Positions 51,528-59,156 of a stretch of 64,000 nt of DNA are shown one piece after another. A program made the position numbers and the translations under genes. The notes under the pieces were generated by a model, which saw nothing but the letters and a program-made list of their open reading frames with translations, was not told the DNA's origin and ran no database searches. Each line of letters starts with the position of its first letter. Position 1 is the stretch's first letter. The DNA comes from Thermoplasmata archaeon (lineage in GTDB: Archaea > Thermoplasmatota > Thermoplasmata > Lutacidiplasmatales > UBA184): NCBI GenBank assembly GCA_027314915.1, contig DAHUZZ010000004.1, positions 30,368-94,367 of the forward strand, in the 5' to 3' direction.

Positions 51528-52681
51528 GTGACGATCTCCGCGAGCCGCCCCGAGGCGAGCGCCGACCGGATCTCCCGGGCGAGGCGGCGACCGGAGCTCA
51601 TCGGCATCCTCCAGAGCGCATTGCCGTAGGGGTGACCCACGTCGAGATGGACGTTCGTCCCACCCCCGATCCGGACCGCGACGTCGAAGATGGTCAGGTG
51701 GCCGTCCGGGTCGATCACCGTCTGCAGGCAGAAGGGGCCGATGATCCCCGGCGGGTACTTCGCGCGGGCGACCTCCACGAACTTCTCGCCCCACCGGAAG
51801 ACCTCCTCCAGGATCGACTCGCGCACCGTGAGCGTGCCGTGACCCACCACGGTGTACTCGGGGATGCGCGCGGCGGAGGGAAGCTCGAGCTGCTGCGCCG
51901 CCGGCAGCCGCACGAGCCCGTCGAGCGAGCTCTCCCGCCGCTCGTCCACCCCGAGGAGCTCGAGCCCCTCCGCGCGGGGGGCGAGCGGGGAGAAGAAGAA
52001 GTTGAAGTTGAACACCGGCCCGACGATGTACCGCTCGATCCGGGCCCGGGCGAGGTCCTCCGGCGCGATCGTGCCCGCCGCGAGGAGCGCGCGGCTCTTC
52101 TGCTCGTACTCCGCGGGGGAGGCGACGGTGAAGAAGCCCCGCTCGAGCCGGCGCGTGGCGTGGGGCAGCTTCACGATGGCGAGCCCGTCGATCGCCTCCG
52201 GGCGCGGGAACGGGCGCGGGATGGGCAGCCCGCCGGCCTCGAGGAGCGCGTAGTAGTTGTCGCGCTCCGTCCGCTCCTCGATCCGCAGGAGCCGCCGGGA
52301 GCCCACGAGGGGGAGCGAGAGCTCGTCCTCGATGGTCGAGAGCGGCACGTAGGAGCTCAGCGCGCGGTTCGGGACGAGGAGGGCGGAGCGTTCCCTCAGC
52401 GTCGCGAGCTCCGCCGAGGTGAAGGCGTCCGCGAACCGGGCGTAGCTCCGGACCTCGTCCACGCAGCCGCGCTCGACGGAGCCGTCGGCGGACCGGTGCG
52501 CCCGGAAGTACTGGGAATAGGTCCGCTCCCGGCCCGCCTGGCAGAGCAAGAGGGTGCGGAACCCCTCCCGGACGGCACCGTCGGCGACATCGAGCGCCGA
52601 GTGGGACCCCACGGTGGCCACCACGGGGCGCTCGCCGTAGCGGGCGAGCCACCCTCCGATCTCCTCCGGCCGGAAGGGCAT
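51524..52681 (-). CDS. purP: 5-formaminoimidazole-4-carboxamide ribonucleotide (FAICAR) synthetase, archaeal PurP
   Basis: VATVGSHSALDVADGAVREGFRT ... ATP-grasp-type C-terminus (IGPFCLQTVIDPDGHLTIFDVAVRIGGGTN). Confidence 0.85.
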   Translation of the reverse strand: MPFRPEEIGGWLARYGERPVVATVGSHSALDVADGAVREGFRTLLLCQAGRERTYSQYFRAHRSADGSVERGCVDEVRSYARFADAFTSAELATLRERSALLVPNRALSSYVPLSTIEDELSLPLVGSRRLLRIEERTERDNYYALLEAGGLPIPRPFPRPEAIDGLAIVKLPHATRRLERGFFTVASPAEYEQKSRALLAAGTIAPEDLARARIERYIVGPVFNFNFFFSPLAPRAEGLELLGVDERRESSLDGLVRLPAAQQLELPSAARIPEYTVVGHGTLTVRESILEEVFRWGEKFVEVARAKYPPGIIGPFCLQTVIDPDGHLTIFDVAVRIGGGTNVHLDVGHPYGNALWRMPMSSGRRLAREIRSALASGRLAEIVT

Positions 52682-52695
52682 GCGTGCCGCGAGGC

Positions 52696-54888
52696 CTACC
52701 GGGCCATAAGCGCTCGGGCGACGCGCTCCGGCGTGAGCGGCAGCTCGTAGAGCCGCACGCCCGTCGCGTCGGCCACCGCGTTCGCCACCGCCGCCGGCAC
52801 CGGGATGATGGGAGGCTCGCCGACCCCCTTGGCCCCCTCCGGGCCGGCGCCCGGGAACCCCTCGAGGGGGATCACCTCGATGGGGGGGATCTCCAGCAGC
52901 GTCGGGACCCGGTAGTCCAGCAGACCCGGGTTCTCGAGCCGGCCGTCGGGCCCCCAGAGCATCTCCTCGGTGAGCGCGGTCCCGAGACCCATCGCCACGC
53001 CCCCCTCGACCTGCGCCCGGAACGTCGGCGGATCGATCACCCGGCCGGCGTCCTGGATCGCCGCGTACCGCAGGACCGTGACCTGGCCGGTCTCCCGGTC
53101 GACCTGCACCGCCGCCAGGTGGACCGAGGCCGTGAAGTCGTGGTAGGCGTAGAACTCCCCCGCATGGACCCGCGCGGGGTCGATCGCGCCGCTCCGGCCG
53201 TAGTGCCGCCCGGTGCGGAGGAGCCCTCCATGGTCCCGCTCACCGGGGGTCAGCAGCTGGGCGATCGGGCTCCGCCTCCCGTCGGCGGCGGCCCAGAGCT
53301 CGTCCCCCTCGACCCCGAGGCGGGCCGGCCCGGCGGCTCCGAGCCGACGGCCGAGCTCCGCGGTGAGCTCGTGGGCGGCGGCGCCGACCGCCTGGCCGAG
53401 CGCTCCCAGCGTCCGGCTCCCGAAGACGCCCGCGTCGTAGGGCGCGGTCGCGGTGTCCCCGTACTCGAGCACGATCCGGTCCGCCGGCAGGCCGAGCGTG
53501 CGCTCGGCCATGGCCACGAGCCCCCGGACCACGCTCCCGCTCCCGATCTCGCGCTCGCCCTCGTGGATCGTGAGCCGCTCGGGCGTCAGGCTCAGCCGCA
53601 CCTCGCCGCCCGCGCCCGTCCCGGTGGACCAGTACCCGAGGCCCACCCCGAGGCCGGTCCCCGCGGGCATCGACCGCCGCCACTCCTCCTGGAGCGCCCG
53701 GGCCCGGTCCAGGGCCGCGGCGGCACCGAAGGGCCCGACCTCCTGGCCCAGGGCGGTCCGGTCCCCCGCCGTCCAGACGTGGGCGCGGCGGAACGCGACC
53801 GGGTCCACTCCCAGGTCGCGGGCGAGCGCATCGGTGTGGCCGTCCGCCGCGAAGGTGCACTGGGGGGCGAGCGGGGCCCGGTGCGACCCGAAGGGCGGCT
53901 TGTGGGTCCGCACGGCGTACCCCTCGACCTCGAAGGCATCGAGCCGGTACGGCCCGAGGAGGAAGGCGATCGCGTAGCCGGTCGCGAAGTCCCGCCCGGG
54001 CAGCGAACCGCCGGTGTCGAGGAGGAGCCGGACGGTGCGGGCCGTGAGATGTCCCCCGCGCACGGCCGAGGCGATCCAGACGCGGGCCGGCAGGGTCGAG
54101 CGGGTCAGCTGGAACTCCTCCCGGTAGGTGAGCGCGAGCCGCACGGGGGCGCCCGAGGCGGCCGCGAGGAGGAGGGCGTACGGCTCGACGAGCGCGGCGA
54201 CCTTCCCCCCGAACCCGCCGCCCACCCACGAGCCCTCGACGACGAGCCGCTCGGGAGGGAGACCGAGGAGCTCCCCCGCGTCCTCGCGCACGCCGAACGG
54301 CGACTGCGTCGAGGTGAGGACGTGCCAGACCTCCCCCTCGATCCAGGCGATGCAGGCATGCGGCTCGAGCGGCACCTGGGCGACCCCGCTGGTCCGGAAG
54401 GCGTCGCGCCGGACCCGGTCGGCCCGGGCGAACTCGCCCTCCACGTCCCCGTGCCGGGCCCGGACGTGGGCGTTGATCGGCGCGTCCGCAGGGAGCCCTT
54501 CCTCCGGCCACCCGGGCAGGACGGAGTCCAGGTCCGCGAGGAGGGGAAGCGGCTCGATCTCCGCCCGCACCGCACGGGCCGCGGCGCGGGCCTCCTCGAG
54601 GCTCCGGGCGGCGATCGCGGCGATGGGCTGATTACGGTACCGGATCTCGCCGGGGAAGATCGGCGTCGCCTCCGCCCCGCGCCCGGGGAGGAGGGCGCGC
54701 TCCTCCGCCGCCCCGATGGCCGCGACGACCCCGGGCGCCCGGCGGGCCGGATCGAGATCGAGCTGCCGGATCCTGCCGTGGGCGACCGGCGCCGGGACCA
54801 GCGCCGCCCACAGCATCCCCGGGCGGGTCCGGTCGGTCCCGAACCGGATCCGCCCCTCCAACTTCGCGGGGGCGTCCGCCCGGATCAT
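52696..54888 (-). CDS. Molybdopterin-binding large subunit of a xanthine dehydrogenase/CoxL-family hydroxylase
   Basis: 730 aa. GGGFGGK, LEPHACIAW, and EGGVAMGLGTALTEE near the C-terminus. The CO-dehydrogenase-specific active-site loop was not seen. ATGA overlap with the small subunit. Confidence 0.85.
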   Translation of the reverse strand: MIRADAPAKLEGRIRFGTDRTRPGMLWAALVPAPVAHGRIRQLDLDPARRAPGVVAAIGAAEERALLPGRGAEATPIFPGEIRYRNQPIAAIAARSLEEARAAARAVRAEIEPLPLLADLDSVLPGWPEEGLPADAPINAHVRARHGDVEGEFARADRVRRDAFRTSGVAQVPLEPHACIAWIEGEVWHVLTSTQSPFGVREDAGELLGLPPERLVVEGSWVGGGFGGKVAALVEPYALLLAAASGAPVRLALTYREEFQLTRSTLPARVWIASAVRGGHLTARTVRLLLDTGGSLPGRDFATGYAIAFLLGPYRLDAFEVEGYAVRTHKPPFGSHRAPLAPQCTFAADGHTDALARDLGVDPVAFRRAHVWTAGDRTALGQEVGPFGAAAALDRARALQEEWRRSMPAGTGLGVGLGYWSTGTGAGGEVRLSLTPERLTIHEGEREIGSGSVVRGLVAMAERTLGLPADRIVLEYGDTATAPYDAGVFGSRTLGALGQAVGAAAHELTAELGRRLGAAGPARLGVEGDELWAAADGRRSPIAQLLTPGERDHGGLLRTGRHYGRSGAIDPARVHAGEFYAYHDFTASVHLAAVQVDRETGQVTVLRYAAIQDAGRVIDPPTFRAQVEGGVAMGLGTALTEEMLWGPDGRLENPGLLDYRVPTLLEIPPIEVIPLEGFPGAGPEGAKGVGEPPIIPVPAAVANAVADATGVRLYELPLTPERVARALMAR

Positions 54889-55361
54889 GGCCCCTCCGCC
54901 CGGAGCGTCCGGACCGCCCGGACGATCGCGGCGTAGCCCGTGCAGCGGCACAGATTCCCCTGGAGGTCCGTGAGGAGCTCCTCCGCCGTGGCCCCGGGGG
55001 ACTCCGAGAGGAGCCCCGTCAGCGCGACGACGAAGCCCGGCGTGCAGTAGCCGCACTGGAGCGCCCCCTCCTCGAGGAACGCCTGCTGGACCCGCCGGCC
55101 GTTCGGATCGGCGGCGATCCCTTCGATCGTGGTCACCGGCTCGTCGCCGACCTCGTGCGTGAGGACGAGGCAGGAGAGCGCCGACCGGCCGTCTACGAGG
55201 ACGGTGCAGGCGCCGCAGTTCCCGGTCCGGCACCCTTCCTTGGTGCCCTTCAGGTCGAGCCGGCCGCGCAGGGTGTCCAGGAGCCGCTCGTGGGAGGGCA
55301 CCCCGTCGATCGGATGCGCCCGGCCGTTCACGACGAGGGCCGACCCGTCCGGCCCGCTCAT
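54885..55361 (-). CDS. [2Fe-2S]-binding small subunit of the Mo-hydroxylase
   Basis: GCRTGNCGACTV ... SCL ... QCGYCTPGF ... NLCRCTGY. Confidence 0.9.
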   Translation of the reverse strand: MSGPDGSALVVNGRAHPIDGVPSHERLLDTLRGRLDLKGTKEGCRTGNCGACTVLVDGRSALSCLVLTHEVGDEPVTTIEGIAADPNGRRVQQAFLEEGALQCGYCTPGFVVALTGLLSESPGATAEELLTDLQGNLCRCTGYAAIVRAVRTLRAEGP

Positions 55362-56188
55362 GCCGCCCCTCCGGCGAGGTGGACGAGCCCGCGTTCCACC
55401 AGGGCGCGGACCACGCGGCGGCGGTGTTCCTCGGTGGCCCGCCGGTCGCTCGGGAACGGCGCTTCCCGCGCCGCCTCCTCCGCGGCGCGGACCCGTTCCG
55501 GCCCGGGCGGCGGGTCCGAGAGGAGTCCGGCCTCCGCTCCCGGGAGACGGCGCGGGCGGGGCACGATCCCGCCCACCGCGATCCGGTAGACGGCCGGCCC
55601 GGGGTGCGCGATGGCCACGCCCACCTGGCTGATGTCGTTCGCGGGCCGGACCCTCTGCCAGAGGTAGACCGAGGGCGCCGCGGGCACCGTGACCGACCGG
55701 ATCAGCTCCGGGGGACGGAGGGCGGTCGTCCGCGACGCGAGAAGGAAACGGTCGAGCTCCATCCGACGGGTCCCGGCGGGGCCGGCGATCTCCACGGTGG
55801 CGTCGAGCGCGAGGAGGATGGGGAGGAGATCGCTCGCCGGCGCGGCGCGCGCCAGGTTCCCGCCGAGGGTGGCGCGGTGGCGGAGCGCCCGGCTGCCGAC
55901 GGCCCGGATCGCGGTGTGCAGCCCCGGAAGGCGCGCCGCGACGCTCCCGTCCCGCTCGAGCTCGTAGAGCGGTTCGGTGCTTCCCACCACGAGCGTGTCC
56001 CCCTGCCAGGCGTGCCCCCGCCACGGGAGGTGTCGGAGGCTCACGACCCGCCGCGGGGCGGTGGTCACCCGGTCGAGGTCGAAGAGGAGGTCCGTCCCTC
56101 CGGCCAGGACCGACGCCGCCCCCGCCCCTTCCTCGAGGAGCCGGAACGCCTCCTCCGGGGAGCGGGGCGCCACGAGCTCGAAACCCAT
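55358..56188 (-). CDS. FAD-binding medium subunit of the Mo-hydroxylase
   Basis: VLAGGTDLLFDL ... HRATLGGNLA. ATGA overlap with the small subunit. Confidence 0.85.
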   Translation of the reverse strand: MGFELVAPRSPEEAFRLLEEGAGAASVLAGGTDLLFDLDRVTTAPRRVVSLRHLPWRGHAWQGDTLVVGSTEPLYELERDGSVAARLPGLHTAIRAVGSRALRHRATLGGNLARAAPASDLLPILLALDATVEIAGPAGTRRMELDRFLLASRTTALRPPELIRSVTVPAAPSVYLWQRVRPANDISQVGVAIAHPGPAVYRIAVGGIVPRPRRLPGAEAGLLSDPPPGPERVRAAEEAAREAPFPSDRRATEEHRRRVVRALVERGLVHLAGGAA

Positions 56189-56281
56189 GCTCCTCCCAGC
56201 CCACGACCACCTTAGAGCCTATCCGGACGACCCGCGCAGCGGACGGTTTATGCTCCGGACCCCGTAGCGGCGACCGGCCCG

Positions 56282-56794
56282 ATGACCTTCGAGCTGCCGC
56301 TCAGGTACAGCACACCGCTCACCCCGATCACCGACCTCGATGAGGTGCTGACGGATTTCCTGCGCCTCGTGGGGTACCTCCCCGCGGGGGACGATGGCCG
56401 GACCGGCGAGGGGCCGGTGGCCGAGACGCTCGCCTACCGGCTCGTACGGGAGTGCCTCCTCAGGGACCCGAGCCGGGCCTGGTACGGGGAGGAGCTCGCG
56501 GCCGTGCTCAAGACCACCAAGCCGACGATCTACCGGCACCTGAACAAGCTCAAGGCGCTCGACCTCCTCGAGGAGGTGGGCGGCTCGGCCGAAGGGAAGG
56601 GCCGGAAGGGCTACCGGCTCCGGTACGGGAACCTCGCCCGGGCCTGGGACTTCACCGAGGCGAACGCCCAGAACGCCCTCCGGAGGTACCGGGAAACGGT
56701 AAACCATCTGCAGGGTCTGCTGGACCGGGCCCCTCCGCCGGCCGCGCCGGCGCCCCGGGCGGCCACCAGCAAGGAGAGAGGTAGTCCCCGATGA
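56282..56794 (+). CDS. Winged-helix transcriptional regulator (ArsR/TrmB-like, putative)
   Basis: WYGEELAAVLKTTKPTIYRHLNKLKALDLLEEV is a typical HTH recognition segment. Confidence 0.6.
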   Translation: MTFELPLRYSTPLTPITDLDEVLTDFLRLVGYLPAGDDGRTGEGPVAETLAYRLVRECLLRDPSRAWYGEELAAVLKTTKPTIYRHLNKLKALDLLEEVGGSAEGKGRKGYRLRYGNLARAWDFTEANAQNALRRYRETVNHLQGLLDRAPPPAAPAPRAATSKERGSPR

Positions 56795-57111
56795 GCCCCA
56801 ACGGTCCCAGCGCGCCGGCGAAGAAGCCGATGATCTCGCTCACCCCCGGGTCCCGCATCCGCGTCTACTCCGCGGGCGCACGGGACGAGCCGATGCAGTC
56901 CGTCGGCACCTTCCGCGGGCTCGTCTCCGTCGGGGGCGAGAACTCGCTCGCCCTCGAGCTCGACGAGTCCGACCGGAAGGAGAAGGAGGAGAAGGGACGG
57001 ATCCGGCTCCTCCCGCTCAACGCCATCATGGCCATCGACATCCTCCACGCCGCGAAGCCCGAGGAGGAGAAGCGCTCGGAGCCGGTGGCCGCCGCGGGGT
57101 ACTTCCGGTAG
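56791..57111 (+). CDS. Hypothetical protein (106 aa)
   Basis: The ATG overlaps the upstream TGA (ATGA). The protein is beta-rich with an acidic KEKEEK insert. No family recognised. Confidence 0.5.
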   Translation: MSPNGPSAPAKKPMISLTPGSRIRVYSAGARDEPMQSVGTFRGLVSVGGENSLALELDESDRKEKEEKGRIRLLPLNAIMAIDILHAAKPEEEKRSEPVAAAGYFR

Positions 57112-57127
57112 CCGCCCGCGCGGCGGG

Positions 57128-57607
57128 CTAGCTCGGCGAGGGCTCCCGCGCGCCCTTCGAGACCTCGGGATCCTCCGCCGACCGGAGCCGGCGGATCCCG
57201 AGCGCGGTGACGAAGACGATGACGCCGGACACGTACGCCCCGAGGCAGATCGGGCAGATGGCCCCGATCAGGAAGACCTCGATCGCCCCCAGGACGATCG
57301 CGGTGCCCACGCCGAGGCCGGCCACGACGAGGAGCGGCTTCAGGTACCGGATCTCATAGGTCCGGTAGAGCGGGATATCCAGCGCGAGCAGCAGCAGGAA
57401 GCCCCCGACCCCCACCGACCAGAAGGGGACCGGTCCGACCCCGGTGTAGGCGCTGGCGTCGACCTTGCTGCACGACACCGCGCCGTTGACGGTGCAGGTG
57501 TTCTGCAGGGGGTGGTAGTAGGTCTCGATCGCCGAATAGGTGCTGAAGGCGAGCCCCACCACGATGAAGACGAGGAGCAGGCGGTGGAGCGTCTCGGCCT
57601 TCACCAT
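57128..57607 (-). CDS. Vitamin K epoxide reductase (VKOR) family membrane protein
   Basis: 159 aa from MVKAETLH. About 4 TM segments, a loop Cys pair (CTVNGAVSC) and a membrane-embedded CPIC motif (LIGAICPICLGAY). Confidence 0.75.
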   Translation of the reverse strand: MVKAETLHRLLLVFIVVGLAFSTYSAIETYYHPLQNTCTVNGAVSCSKVDASAYTGVGPVPFWSVGVGGFLLLLALDIPLYRTYEIRYLKPLLVVAGLGVGTAIVLGAIEVFLIGAICPICLGAYVSGVIVFVTALGIRRLRSAEDPEVSKGAREPSPS

Positions 57608-57624
57608 GGGGATCCTCTCGGTGC

Positions 57625-58824
57625 CTACGACAGCTGTTGATAGAAGTTGATCACGTTCTGGTCGGACGACACGGTGACCGGCGGGGTCATCCCCGCCGCG
57701 TCGAGGGACTTCCACAGGAGCGCCTCCAGGAGCCAGGACTGCTGCATCACCGCGCTGTACACCGGCGAGGAGCTGTTCTGGACCACCTGGGAGAAGGTCG
57801 AGGGGGCGTAGGGACCGTTCGAGCACTGGGTGGAGCCGCTGCTCGAGGTCGTCGTGGCGCCCGGCCCGCCGAGGCAGGCGTTGCCGGGGCTCAGGAGGGA
57901 GCCCACGAAGTAGTACTGGCCGCCGATGACGAGGAACGGGATCGAGGTGGAGGGCGGCGGGTTGTAGGCCTGGAGGTAGGCGTTCTCGGTCGACGGGAGC
58001 GCGGGGATCGAGATCTGCGTGTTGTCGGTGCTCTCCCACACGTCGAAGGAGATGTAGCTGCTCGTGTAGGTGATGCCGTAGAGCTCGACGGCCGGTGTGT
58101 TGGCGAAGACGTCGGTGGGACTCGATGTCGTGACGCCCACATTGGAGACGCTGCCGTAGGCCTTCAGGGCGGCCAGGATCGACCAGCTCGAGATCGAGCA
58201 GTACGGGCACGCCGCCGCCCCGACGAACATGAAGACGGGGAGGCCGTTCGACTTCCAGACCTCGTTCTGGGCGGCCTTGTTCCAGCCGAACCCGATCGGC
58301 GTGCCCGGGTGGAGGACCGGGACGCCGGTCAGGTAGGCGATGCCTCCGGAGGCCCCCACGGCGACCAGTCCGACCACCACGCCGACCACGACCGGCTTGA
58401 ACAGCCGGCTCCGGACCCCCGACACCCCGAGGATGAAGGAGCTCCCGAGCAGGATGAGGCCGACGATGAGGCCGATGACGAGGTAGGGATAGAACGGGAC
58501 GATCACCCCGAAGGGCGCGGGGACCGCGTAGGCGATGACCGACCAGATCCCGAAGAGCAGGGTGACGACGACGCCGACGAAGAAGAGCGTCCGGTTCCCC
58601 CGGGGCCGCACCGCCGCGGAGCCCTCGTCGTCGCCGTTCCCGCCCGCGCCCGACCGGGACCCGCGCGAACGTTGGGACCTCCGGGTGAGGTAGAGGCTCT
58701 TGAGCGCCCGACCGGAGTCCTCCACTCCCTCGGGGGGCGTGAAGCCCACCTTGGGGCTCTCGGCGATGGAATCCCAGTCGAGTCCCTTGGCCCGGAGCCG
58801 CTCCACCTCGCGCCAGTCGACCAT
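57625..58824 (-). CDS. Membrane protein with a thioredoxin-like CPYC domain (DUF929-like), paralog 2
   Basis: The start is set at MVDWREVERLRAKGLDWDSIA by analogy with paralog 1. TM segments are followed by FMFVGAAACPYCSISSWSILAAL. It sits directly upstream of the VKOR gene (17-nt gap). Confidence 0.75.
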   Translation of the reverse strand: MVDWREVERLRAKGLDWDSIAESPKVGFTPPEGVEDSGRALKSLYLTRRSQRSRGSRSGAGGNGDDEGSAAVRPRGNRTLFFVGVVVTLLFGIWSVIAYAVPAPFGVIVPFYPYLVIGLIVGLILLGSSFILGVSGVRSRLFKPVVVGVVVGLVAVGASGGIAYLTGVPVLHPGTPIGFGWNKAAQNEVWKSNGLPVFMFVGAAACPYCSISSWSILAALKAYGSVSNVGVTTSSPTDVFANTPAVELYGITYTSSYISFDVWESTDNTQISIPALPSTENAYLQAYNPPPSTSIPFLVIGGQYYFVGSLLSPGNACLGGPGATTTSSSGSTQCSNGPYAPSTFSQVVQNSSSPVYSAVMQQSWLLEALLWKSLDAAGMTPPVTVSSDQNVINFYQQLS

Positions 58825-58899
58825 CCCGGGATGCGCCTCGGGCGGTACTAGCCCCGGGCCCAAGAAAAGCTCGACCCCCCCGGGCCGGCGGGCGGGGGA

Positions 58900-58998
58900 C
58901 GGGCTTGCTGGGAGTTCCGTCGCCCGCTCCGGGCGATTTCGAACCCAGGTCTTTGGCTCCGAAGGCCAAAAGGATAGTCCAGACTACCCTACAAGCCC
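58900..58998 (-). tRNA. tRNA-Arg (anticodon UCG) with a ~24-nt insertion (putative non-canonical intron) in the T-loop
   Basis: Hand-folded. Acceptor GGGCTTG/CAAGCCC plus discriminator G. D-arm GGGT-AGTCTGGACT-ATCC. Anticodon arm TTGGC-CTTCGGA-GCCAA. T-stem CTGGG...CCCAG encloses TTCGAA plus 24 extra nt that contain the hairpin TCGCCCG-GAG-CGGGCGA. A TATA-like element lies 26-30 nt upstream. Not verified with tRNAscan-SE. Confidence 0.7.
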
Positions 58999-59022
58999 GC
59001 GCCGTCGACGAGCGACGATGCG

Positions 59023-59029
59023 CTATAAG
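59023..59029 (-). promoter_or_regulatory. TATA box for the tRNA-Arg gene
   Basis: The minus strand reads CTTATAG, 25-31 nt upstream of tRNA position 1 (58998). Confidence 0.5.
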
Positions 59030-59156
59030 GGGGTTCCGACCGCGGACCGCGGCGGGCACCCGGCGCACCCGCCCCCGGGGCGGGGAGCTCCCCTCGCCCG
59101 CCCCGGCGCGCCCGAACGGCACGTCGCGGTCGTCGGCCGGGTTCGCCCGGTATCCC

